Below are positions 1 to 6,683 of a stretch of 32,000 nt of DNA, piece by piece. The position numbers and the translations under genes were made by a program. This stretch comes from Sphaerotilus phage SN1. Positions within the stretch are counted from its first letter, which is position 1. Each line of letters starts with the position of its first letter. The DNA lies in the sequence record ON165687.1; one strand, 5' to 3'. The notes under the pieces are model-generated. The model was not told the DNA's origin. It ran no database searches and saw nothing but the letters and a program-made list of their open reading frames with translations.

Positions 1-240
1 GGCCACGGGGTCGATGTTGTCCCCGTAGTTGTTGCCCAGGTACTCCGCGCAAGCGGCTCCCGCCGTCCCGATCAGCTGGAGGAGGTGCTGCTGGCTCGCG
101 CACTGGCCCGGGTCGATGTCCGTGGAGGACTTCAAGCCGGGGCGCTTCTGGCTGTACACGAGGACCGTCACTTGGTACTTGCGGGGGTCCTCCGGGTTGC
201 GCCCGAGGCGGGCCTGGACGCCCTGGATGGTAGTGGTCAT
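1..240 (-). CDS. Hypothetical protein, C-terminus outside the window (partial)
   Basis: Manual minus-strand translation from ATG at 240 (MTTTIQGVQARLGRNPEDPRKYQVTVLVYSQKRPGLKSSTDIDPG...) is open to base 1. Its start overlaps the stop of the MazG-like ORF, as in a compact operon. Confidence 0.6.
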   Translation of the reverse strand, partial: MTTTIQGVQARLGRNPEDPRKYQVTVLVYSQKRPGLKSSTDIDPGQCASQQHLLQLIGTAGAACAEYLGNNYGDNIDPVA

Positions 241-842
241 GCCGGTTCTCCTTCGCACAGGGGGTTGGCTTTCCAGAAGGCGCGCAGCTCGCGGCCCAGG
301 TAGATGTTCACGCCGTCCTGGCCCTCGAAGAAGCCCCCGGCCCGGAAGGTCGGCACCACGGCGTCCTGCGCCCCGGCGGCGATCCCGTCCGCGGATTGAG
401 CCCAGTTCAGGGCTTGATCGGCGGAGTCGAAACCCTGCGCCGTGAAGAAGCTGCCGGAGTCGCTGATGATGTAGAACTTGTCCAACTCCATTTCCAGACC
501 GCTTCCGGGGTCCAGGAAGGTTTCCACGTGCTGCATCTTCCCGGTCGGGCTCCGTCCCCAGGAGCGGTTGCGGTTCACGCTCATCTTGTAGTCCACCACG
601 GTCTGGAGGTCCACGTTCAGCTTCTCCGCGACCTGGGCGAGCATGATGAACACGTCCGCGCACTCCTTCTGGAGTTCCTGGACCAACTCCTGGTCCATGT
701 CCGCGACCGGGACGGCGGCGACGGTAGCGAGGCCCGCGACCAGCTCTGCCACCTCCACGTTCATCCGCGCGGCGACTTCCGCGGGGTGCTTCGGGCCGAA
801 GGTGTCGTCAGCCCAGCGGGTGATTGATTCTTGGGTTTCCAT
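237..842 (-). CDS. MazG-like nucleotide pyrophosphohydrolase domain protein with an unassigned C-terminal extension
   Basis: The N-terminal half matches the MazG helical pattern (NVEVAEL...ELQKECADVFIMLAQVAEKLNVDLQTVVDYKMSVNRNRSWG). The remaining ~100 aa are not recognised. Confidence 0.7.
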   Translation of the reverse strand: METQESITRWADDTFGPKHPAEVAARMNVEVAELVAGLATVAAVPVADMDQELVQELQKECADVFIMLAQVAEKLNVDLQTVVDYKMSVNRNRSWGRSPTGKMQHVETFLDPGSGLEMELDKFYIISDSGSFFTAQGFDSADQALNWAQSADGIAAGAQDAVVPTFRAGGFFEGQDGVNIYLGRELRAFWKANPLCEGEPA

Positions 843-844
843 AT

Positions 845-1114
845 TCAGTTGGTTCTCCGAGGTTCACAAACAATAGTCTTGCCCAGGGGCCGCGACGGAT
901 CGCGGCGGCACTCCAGGCGCTCAAACCGGGACGGGTCCGGCTTTCCTGCCTCCGCCGGTACGGTGACGCGGACCGGCGGGGCGAGACGGGGCGAGAAGCT
1001 GCCGACCTGCGCCCGGCGGACCGTCTCCTGGGCAGAGTACAGGGGGCGATCCTCCGCTTGCGCCTGCGTGGCGAGCGGCAGCAGGACGGCCAGGGCGAGG
1101 GTCACCAGTCTCAT
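845..1114 (-). CDS. Small putative exported protein
   Basis: MRLVTLALAVLLPLATQAQAEDRP looks like a signal peptide. A GAAGGAG ribosome-binding site precedes the ATG at 1114, and promoter-like element P1 lies upstream. Confidence 0.6.
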   Translation of the reverse strand: MRLVTLALAVLLPLATQAQAEDRPLYSAQETVRRAQVGSFSPRLAPPVRVTVPAEAGKPDPSRFERLECRRDPSRPLGKTIVCEPRRTN

Positions 1115-1148
1115 GATCGGGCTCCTTCGGTTCGGGGTCAGTGAAGAA

Positions 1149-1177
1149 AGTATAGTCACGGACCCCGAAGAAGTAAA
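1149..1177 (-). promoter_or_regulatory. Promoter-like element P1
   Basis: Minus strand reads TTTACT-17 nt-TATACT, inside CTTTACTTCTTCGG...TATACTTTCTTCAC, upstream of the exported-protein ORF. Confidence 0.7.
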
Positions 1178-1357
1178 GTGGTCAGTGCTTCGAGGCCGTC
1201 ATGGACTGGAGGAGGTCGCCCAAGGAGGGGCGGGCGTCCTCCGCCTCGCGCTTGCTCAGGAAGGCGCAGCCGTGGCCCCGGGGTTCTCCTTCGAGCTGAC
1301 CCCGAAGGTGGTGATGGACTTGGGGTCAATGACGCCCTTGTTGCGGAAGATGATCAC
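1178..1357 (-). pseudogene. Possible truncated/frameshifted remnant of a small phage protein family
   Basis: A GTG start after AAAAGGAGTCACAAC encodes MIIFRNKGVIDPKSITTFGVSSKENPGATAAPS* (1256..1357). Protein-like sequence continues in another frame (FLSKREAEDARPSLGDLLQSMTASKH*) down to ~1178. Confidence 0.35.
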
Positions 1358-1395
1358 GTTGTGACTCCTTTTCTCAGGGTTGTTGAAACAGAATC

Positions 1396-1761
1396 TTACT
1401 CCACCCACACTCGCTCATAGCGGTCCGGGAGGGCTCCACACGATCCGGGGGAGCCGTCCGCGTTCACCACGCGCACACACTCCCGGGTCAGGTAGCTGAT
1501 ATGAACCTCCGGGCGGTCCAGATAGTCCGCAAAGACCCCCGCCAAGCCCCAGAGCAGCAGGACGGCGAAGGCGAGCGGAGCAGCCCAGCGGGCGTGGTCA
1601 CACAACCTCGTCAGCGTCCCACGCATAGCCTCGAAGGCGATTGACTTCAAACTCGAATCGCAACGGGCTTCGCGCAGCAAGTCCTCGTGCGACTTCTTGC
1701 GGTTTTGCGCCGCGCGGGATCGGGTGCCCGTGTATGCGGCGGAAGGCTTCTTGTAGTTCAT
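1396..1761 (-). CDS. Hypothetical protein with one predicted transmembrane segment
   Basis: ORF with hydrophobic stretch WAAPLAFAVLLLWGLAGVFADYL. It overlaps the upstream ORF. Confidence 0.5.
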   Translation of the reverse strand: MNYKKPSAAYTGTRSRAAQNRKKSHEDLLREARCDSSLKSIAFEAMRGTLTRLCDHARWAAPLAFAVLLLWGLAGVFADYLDRPEVHISYLTRECVRVVNADGSPGSCGALPDRYERVWVE

Positions 1762-1819
1762 GATGGGTCAGCTCCTTTCCAATCTCGAATCGCGGCGTCA
1801 GTATCTGGGGTTGGTTCAT
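1598..1819 (-). CDS. Hypothetical small protein
   Basis: ORF directly downstream of promoter-like element P2, with ATG at 1819 and a short leader. It overlaps the 1396..1761 ORF in another frame, so one of the two may be wrong. Confidence 0.45.
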   Translation of the reverse strand: MNQPQILTPRFEIGKELTHHELQEAFRRIHGHPIPRGAKPQEVARGLAARSPLRFEFEVNRLRGYAWDADEVV

Positions 1820-1838
1820 TTCTCAACTCGTGTGAAGA

Positions 1839-1867
1839 AGTATAGTGGGTCAGTCCGAAGAAGTAAA
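1839..1867 (-). promoter_or_regulatory. Promoter-like element P2
   Basis: Minus strand reads TTTACT-17 nt-TATACT then TCTTCACACG, 19 nt before the ATG at 1819. Confidence 0.7.
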
Positions 1868-1872
1868 GCGGT

Positions 1873-2088
1873 TCAGGTCAATTCCAGCGCACGGCGGATT
1901 TCCCGCCGGACCTGAAGGCGGGCGTTGAGGGCCGCGCGGTGGTCGGAGGAAGTCCGCGAGCACGTCACCATCAGGGGCTTCCCCCTCACGGTGAAGCGGA
2001 CCTTGTAGTGTCTCCGGCCCAGCTCCACCGTGTAGGCGATCCCCGCCCCCTCCAGCTCCCGCTTCGTTGCTTCCAGCGTCTCGCTCAT
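1873..2088 (-). CDS. Hypothetical small phage protein
   Basis: 71-aa ORF, MSETLEATKRELEGAGIAYTVELGRRHYKVRFTVRGKPLMVTCSRTSSDHRAALNARLQVRREIRRALELT, collinear with neighbours. Confidence 0.6.
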   Translation of the reverse strand: MSETLEATKRELEGAGIAYTVELGRRHYKVRFTVRGKPLMVTCSRTSSDHRAALNARLQVRREIRRALELT

Positions 2089-2098
2089 GGGGGCGTCC

Positions 2099-4510
2099 TC
2101 AGAATGGCGGCTTGTCCGACTTCGGGCCGTCCTTCAGAGGCTCCTGGGTCGGTTCGACCTTGGGCCACTCGAACGGGCCGCCAAAGTTCTTGTCCCAGTG
2201 CGCCCGGACCTGCTCCAGCGGCGGGAGGTGGTACATGTACACGCGCTTCTTGATCATCACCTCGAAGCCGTGTTCATTGGTCCATGGAATCTCCGCCATT
2301 TCCTGCTTCGACTGCGGCCAGCCGTCCGGGAAGGCCCGGGCAAGCCACTTGCCGAAGCCGGTGCGGCTCATGCGGAAGTTCCGGCCCTGGTCGCGGAGGT
2401 CGTTCACGTAGTCGTCATACAGGCTGTCCTTCACCACCTTGTTCCGCCAGTCCTGGTCGGTCTTGAGCAACCGGCCCTCCCACAGCTTCTCATACATCCA
2501 CTGGGTTTCCGGCGACATGCTCATGATCTTCTGGTCCTGCAGCGCCCGGGTCTGGGGGACCTGGCGAACCTCGAAGGCGCTCAGGTCATAGGTCAGGAGG
2601 AAGTGGAGCAGGTGCTCAAGTCCTCCGTTGTCCAGATCGTCCTTGATGCGCTTGAAATAGGCGTGATCCTGCTTGTGTCCCTCGCCCACCTCCATGACGA
2701 AGAACCGGCGTTCATCCAGACCCGCGGGCACCACCCAATCTTCGTTCGAGGCGAGGACCAGGTGGACATAGTTCGGGGCCGCTTCCGCGTCCACGCCCTT
2801 GCCCTCGATCACCAGGTGTTCTTCGGTCACGAGGGTCTTGAGCACGCTTTCGTGCTTCTTGTCCCCGGCGAAGAAAGCCTCATCACCGAACAGCAGGACG
2901 GTATCGCGGAGGTGGGCGTTGAAAGAGCCCACCAGGTGCTTCGAGTCGCTGACTTGGAGGTAGTGACGCCCGAACATCGCGCCCAGGACCTTGGCGAAGA
3001 AGGACTTGCCGGTGCCGCGGCGACCGCGGAGGACCACGGCCACTTCGCCCGGGCCGTCCGGGTGCTGGACCATCCGCGCCATCCACCCGACCAGGTAGTG
3101 GTAGTGCTCCGGGTTCCCTGAGCAGACGTTGTCGCGGATGTGGTTCAGGAAGGGCATGTGCTTCTCGCCCGGGAGGGAGTCGCACGCGAACCCGCGCCAG
3201 AGGTTGTAGGCTTCTTCGACCTCCTGGCCGGGGGCAAACACGATGGTCTCATATTGGCGGCGCTGAGGGTGATCAATCCAGAAGGCTCCCGCGGCCTTCT
3301 CGATGGGCTTGCCCTCCTCCGAGTGCCCAACCACTACCTTGATGTGGCGGTAGCGGTTGCGGAAGTCCTCGAAGGACTGCTTGCTGATTTTGGTCCGCTT
3401 CATCGCCGGGTCCCAGACCTCGCTGATGATGCGGCACTTCCCGCCGATGTCTGCGATGACGGCGTGCTTCTCGTTGAGCTTGCGCAGCCAAGGGTCCACC
3501 GCCTCCTCGTGGGCACGTTCGATCTGCCGCAGGGCGTAGCCTTCCCAGTTCGGCTTGTCTCTGACGCTCGCGGCGATTTCGTTGGAGCCTGTGATCACCG
3601 CGAAGATCATTTCATCAGGGACCTCCGCCCGCACGAGGTCGCAGCAGACCTTGAACAGGGCTTCCGACCGGGAGGGGTACTTGGTCGGGTCCAGCGGGTC
3701 CTGCCCAGTAGCAATCAGCGCCAGTACGTGGTCGCTGATAGCCTTCCCGTGCTCATGGGCCCACTCCCGCAGCTCCTCCGTCCCGATGTCCGGGACGTTG
3801 CCCGTGATCTTCACCTTCGGACGGCCCCCGGCCAGGCCCTGCTCCGCCATCTGGACTCGAACCGCGGGGGTGAATTGCTCGATGGGGTAGCTGGCCTCAT
3901 TCCACTCCACGAGACGGGCGAGGGTCGGCTGGCGACCCTTCTTGACCTTCTTCGCGGTGGGCATGTTGATCGTGCCCGGGAGGCGCATGATGCGGTCCAC
4001 GTTGTGGCAGTGGTCCGCCTGAAACACCTTCTCCAGCTGGATGTTGTACGCTTCCAGCTCCTGAGCCTTCGCCACCGATCCGGCGATGTCCAGCTTGTCG
4101 GACGGATTCAGACGCCAAAAGCCCTGATAGCCCCCGCCCGAGTCGATGATGACCGTGGGCTTGGGCGTGTAGGACTGGAGCAGCTTCAGAGCCCGCGCCC
4201 GCTCCTCCTCGAAGTCCTCCCCGGCTCGCGGGTCGATGTCCACGTGAAGCCACGCGAGGCGGGCCATGTCCTCCTTCGAGGCTTTCACGTCCATCGCCCG
4301 GCGGACCGGGTTCACGTGGAAGTACAGGTTGCGCTTGCCCTGGTGCCCTTCGATCCACTCCGCGGCCTTCTGCCAGCGGTCAGGCATGAAGGTGACTGTC
4401 TCCGTTTTCCCGTCCGGGATGATAGCCGTCAGGACCCACGGCCCCTCCGGGCACCACTTCTTCAGGAAGTCGATTGCGTCCTTGGTCTTGTGTTTCGGCA
4501 GTTCCGCCAT
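2099..4510 (-). CDS. Primase-helicase (AEP-like primase domain plus DUF5906/SF3-type helicase domain)
   Basis: Acidic motif WLHVDIDPRAGEDF, DSGGGYQGFWRL, NVDRIMRLPGTINMP (primase-like) and Walker A VVLRGRRGTGKSFFAKVLG followed by TVLLFGDEAFFAGD and VHLVLASNEDW (helicase). Likely start is MAELPKH at 4510. Confidence 0.8.
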   Translation of the reverse strand: MAELPKHKTKDAIDFLKKWCPEGPWVLTAIIPDGKTETVTFMPDRWQKAAEWIEGHQGKRNLYFHVNPVRRAMDVKASKEDMARLAWLHVDIDPRAGEDFEEERARALKLLQSYTPKPTVIIDSGGGYQGFWRLNPSDKLDIAGSVAKAQELEAYNIQLEKVFQADHCHNVDRIMRLPGTINMPTAKKVKKGRQPTLARLVEWNEASYPIEQFTPAVRVQMAEQGLAGGRPKVKITGNVPDIGTEELREWAHEHGKAISDHVLALIATGQDPLDPTKYPSRSEALFKVCCDLVRAEVPDEMIFAVITGSNEIAASVRDKPNWEGYALRQIERAHEEAVDPWLRKLNEKHAVIADIGGKCRIISEVWDPAMKRTKISKQSFEDFRNRYRHIKVVVGHSEEGKPIEKAAGAFWIDHPQRRQYETIVFAPGQEVEEAYNLWRGFACDSLPGEKHMPFLNHIRDNVCSGNPEHYHYLVGWMARMVQHPDGPGEVAVVLRGRRGTGKSFFAKVLGAMFGRHYLQVSDSKHLVGSFNAHLRDTVLLFGDEAFFAGDKKHESVLKTLVTEEHLVIEGKGVDAEAAPNYVHLVLASNEDWVVPAGLDERRFFVMEVGEGHKQDHAYFKRIKDDLDNGGLEHLLHFLLTYDLSAFEVRQVPQTRALQDQKIMSMSPETQWMYEKLWEGRLLKTDQDWRNKVVKDSLYDDYVNDLRDQGRNFRMSRTGFGKWLARAFPDGWPQSKQEMAEIPWTNEHGFEVMIKKRVYMYHLPPLEQVRAHWDKNFGGPFEWPKVEPTQEPLKDGPKSDKPPF

Positions 4511-4512
4511 TG

Positions 4513-5016
4513 TTAATTCCCCCACCGCTTGCGATTCATCTCACCTGCCCGTTCCTTCATACCCGCGGCAATCTTCGCCCGGGCCTCCGGTGAACAGACA
4601 GTCCTTTCCCGGTAGCCGTCCTGCGCCATGCGTTGACGGCCCAATTCAGCTTGTCGCTGCTTCCGCTTCGGGTCGCCCTCCCAAGCCTTGCGCTGGGCCT
4701 GGGACAGTATCTGGCGGACCTCCGGCGAAACCGAGTCAGGGACCTTCCCGCCCGCGGTGAGGTTGAAGCCTTGCGGATACATACTGGCGTGTTGCCCAAT
4801 CCAGAAGATTTCCCGGGCGTTCAGGTTCTCCGGCTCCGCGACTTCGAGCAGCTGGAACTCCAGGGCCTCCGGTCCTTCGGTCGCAACGATTTCGCGCAGA
4901 TAGCGGTTTGTGTCGCCCTTGCGGTGACGTTCCCAGCGTTCTTCCACGTTCCGGGCTTGCCCCACGTACTTCCGCCCGGAGGGTTTATGGTTGATCAAGT
5001 AGATGCCGCAGGTCAT
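4513..5016 (-). CDS. GIY-YIG family endonuclease, putative free-standing homing endonuclease
   Basis: MTCGIYLINHKPSGRKYVGQARNVEERWERHRKG (GIY...YVG...R...H), LEVAEPENLNAREIFWI, then an NUMOD-like basic tail PEARAKIAAGMKERAGEMNRKRWGN. Confidence 0.85.
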   Translation of the reverse strand: MTCGIYLINHKPSGRKYVGQARNVEERWERHRKGDTNRYLREIVATEGPEALEFQLLEVAEPENLNAREIFWIGQHASMYPQGFNLTAGGKVPDSVSPEVRQILSQAQRKAWEGDPKRKQRQAELGRQRMAQDGYRERTVCSPEARAKIAAGMKERAGEMNRKRWGN

Positions 5017-5017
5017 G

Positions 5018-5344
5018 TCAAAACCCCCAGTATTCGCGCAGGCGCTCCACGGGGGCGTTCCCACTTTCCATTTGAATCAGCCAGAGGCGAGTGCAGCCCA
5101 GAGCGGCGGCGATTTCGCGCTGGGTCTTACCCGAGCGGCGGCGGAACAGCAAGCAGACCTCGTGGGGCTTCAGTTGTCCGAGGTGCTGGCGCGGTTGATC
5201 GTCCAGGCGGCGGTCCGCTTCCCATTCACGGTAGCGGTCCGGGTGCACCCCGTACTCCTTCGCGGCCTCAATCTGATTGAGGCCCTTGCGGCGGCGGTGT
5301 AGCAGTAGGCTTTCGCCTTTGGTTGGTGTCACTGTAGCAGACAT
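5018..5344 (-). CDS. Helix-turn-helix DNA-binding protein, apparently with two HTH motifs
   Basis: LLLHRRRKGLNQIEAAKEYGVHPDRYREWEAD and LLFRRRSGKTQREIAAALGCTRLWLIQMESG are both XRE-like. ATG at 5344 is preceded by AAGGAG. Confidence 0.65.
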   Translation of the reverse strand: MSATVTPTKGESLLLHRRRKGLNQIEAAKEYGVHPDRYREWEADRRLDDQPRQHLGQLKPHEVCLLFRRRSGKTQREIAAALGCTRLWLIQMESGNAPVERLREYWGF

Positions 5345-5727
5345 GTACAAATCTCCTTGGTTCTTGGAAGGCGTGTCCAACGTGCGACACAGACCTCATA
5401 CAGACGTTCCCGCGGAACCCGGCCCAGCATAGCAGCGGCCACCGCTCCATCGAATAGCAACCACTCCGTCTCCCCGACCTTCAGCAGGAGGAAGGCCCGG
5501 CCCCCGGCCCTGCGGCGACGGGTCAGCCAGGTCCTCTGCTGGCGGGTGAAGTGGTCCACTCGAAGCGGTCCGCCCCTGGGCGGCCAGCGTTCAGCGAACT
5601 TCAATTCAATCCAGCCCTGGTTGTAGTTCACATCCGGGGTCCCGGGCACAATGGGGTTCTCCACGCGCACCGGGTCCAGCGACCGGATGACGGGGCGGAG
5701 GGAGTCCCACATTGCGGCTTCAGACAT
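5329..5727 (-). CDS. VRR-NUC/PD-(D/E)XK-like nuclease
   Basis: NPIVPGTPDVNYNQGWIELKFAERWP (G.PD...G...E.K core), then ...HFTRQQRTWLTRRRRAGGRAFLLLKVGETEWLLF. Confidence 0.65.
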   Translation of the reverse strand: MSEAAMWDSLRPVIRSLDPVRVENPIVPGTPDVNYNQGWIELKFAERWPPRGGPLRVDHFTRQQRTWLTRRRRAGGRAFLLLKVGETEWLLFDGAVAAAMLGRVPRERLYEVCVARWTRLPRTKEICTCLLQ

Positions 5728-6181
5728 CTACCCACCTCACTTCGATGTTGTAACGGCGGGCGACTTCCAAAGCCTCATCAATGCGTTGATTCCACTCAGC
5801 AACCCACCCCGGATCGCGGCCCGAGTAGTCGATGCCCGGGAAGGCGACCCGCTTCACGCCCGCCTTCCCCGCGGCCTCCATACAGTTCGGACAGCAGGGG
5901 AAAGAAGTATAGAGCGTGAAGCCAGTCGCAGGCGAGCCCAGAAAGTTGAGTGCGTTGACCTCTGCGTGAACAACGTGCTGGTATTTGTACCCGCGGTCAG
6001 CGTACAACTCCGGCGAGTCATCGTGCCCGGGCGGGAAGCCGTTGAACCCGGTCGAAGCCACGCTGTTGTTGGGCCGAACCAGGACGGCTCCGACCTTCGT
6101 GGAAGGGTCCTTGCTCCAGCCCGCGACGTGTTGGGCCAGCCCAACATAGCGGCGGTCCCAGCGGTCTTGACGTTCGCTCAT
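5720..6181 (-). CDS. dCMP deaminase-like (cytidine/deoxycytidylate deaminase family)
   Basis: WSKDPSTKVGAVLV, VVHAEVNALNFL (HAE) and TSFPCCPNCMEAAGKAGVKRV (PCxxC-type zinc site). Confidence 0.85.
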   Translation of the reverse strand: MSERQDRWDRRYVGLAQHVAGWSKDPSTKVGAVLVRPNNSVASTGFNGFPPGHDDSPELYADRGYKYQHVVHAEVNALNFLGSPATGFTLYTSFPCCPNCMEAAGKAGVKRVAFPGIDYSGRDPGWVAEWNQRIDEALEVARRYNIEVRWVDV

Positions 6182-6372
6182 TTCACCTCCTCCTTCAGCA
6201 AAACCTTCTGGGCGACGTTCCCGAGGAAGTAACCGCCCAGCAGGAGCCAGGTCAAGGACTCGAAGGCGTCCACCGGCAACTTGCCCATGTACAGGAGCCA
6301 GACCAGGACCGCCTCCCAGATCATCGCCGCCCAGAACTTCCGGGAGGTCCAGCGCACGGCGATGTCGTTCAT
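6178..6372 (-). CDS. Small membrane protein (holin candidate, unproven)
   Basis: MNDIAVRWTSRKFWAAMIWEAVLVWLLYMGKLPVDAFESLTWLLLGGYFLGNVAQKVLL has two hydrophobic segments. Its ATG overlaps the upstream TGA. Confidence 0.5.
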   Translation of the reverse strand: MNDIAVRWTSRKFWAAMIWEAVLVWLLYMGKLPVDAFESLTWLLLGGYFLGNVAQKVLLKEEVK

Positions 6373-6683
6373 ATCAGCCCCTTCTCGTTGGCGATCCATT
6401 CGGTGACCGTCAGGGTCGCTGTGCGGCCCTTCTTCTCGACCGCGCGGACCTGTGACTTGGGCATCCAGACTTCCTCCTCACCGCCGTGGTCGATGAGGTA
6501 TGCCTTGTCTGTCTCGCGCTTGATGACCACTTCGAGGTCCACGGTGTTGTCGTTGCTGCGGCGCATATCGTTCTCCAGGGGTTCGCCCCGGACTTCCTCC
6601 GGGGTCAGGCGGGTACACTTTGCGCAGCGTGCGTCCGCAAACAAGTAAGTGACCTGCGCGTCACATTGATAGCAGAACTTCAT
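6369..6683 (-). CDS. Small protein with an N-terminal CxxC...CxxC putative zinc-binding motif
   Basis: MKFCYQCDAQVTYLFADARCAKCTRL, starting at 6683 and overlapping the stop of the polymerase gene. Confidence 0.55.
   Translation of the reverse strand: MKFCYQCDAQVTYLFADARCAKCTRLTPEEVRGEPLENDMRRSNDNTVDLEVVIKRETDKAYLIDHGGEEEVWMPKSQVRAVEKKGRTATLTVTEWIANEKGLI

Noticed and set aside
1256-1270. Antizyme-like TCC-TGA programmed +1 frameshift site
   Set aside because: A +1 shift would enter a frame without natural-looking sequence. The plausible continuation is in the -1 frame with no slippery heptamer, so a remnant gene is the simpler reading.
5926-5931. AGTATA/TATACT plus TTCTTTC sequence resembling the -10 part of the promoter family
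   Set aside because: It is inside the dCMP deaminase and encodes LYTSFPC next to the zinc motif. No TTTACTTCTTC block lies upstream at the right spacing.
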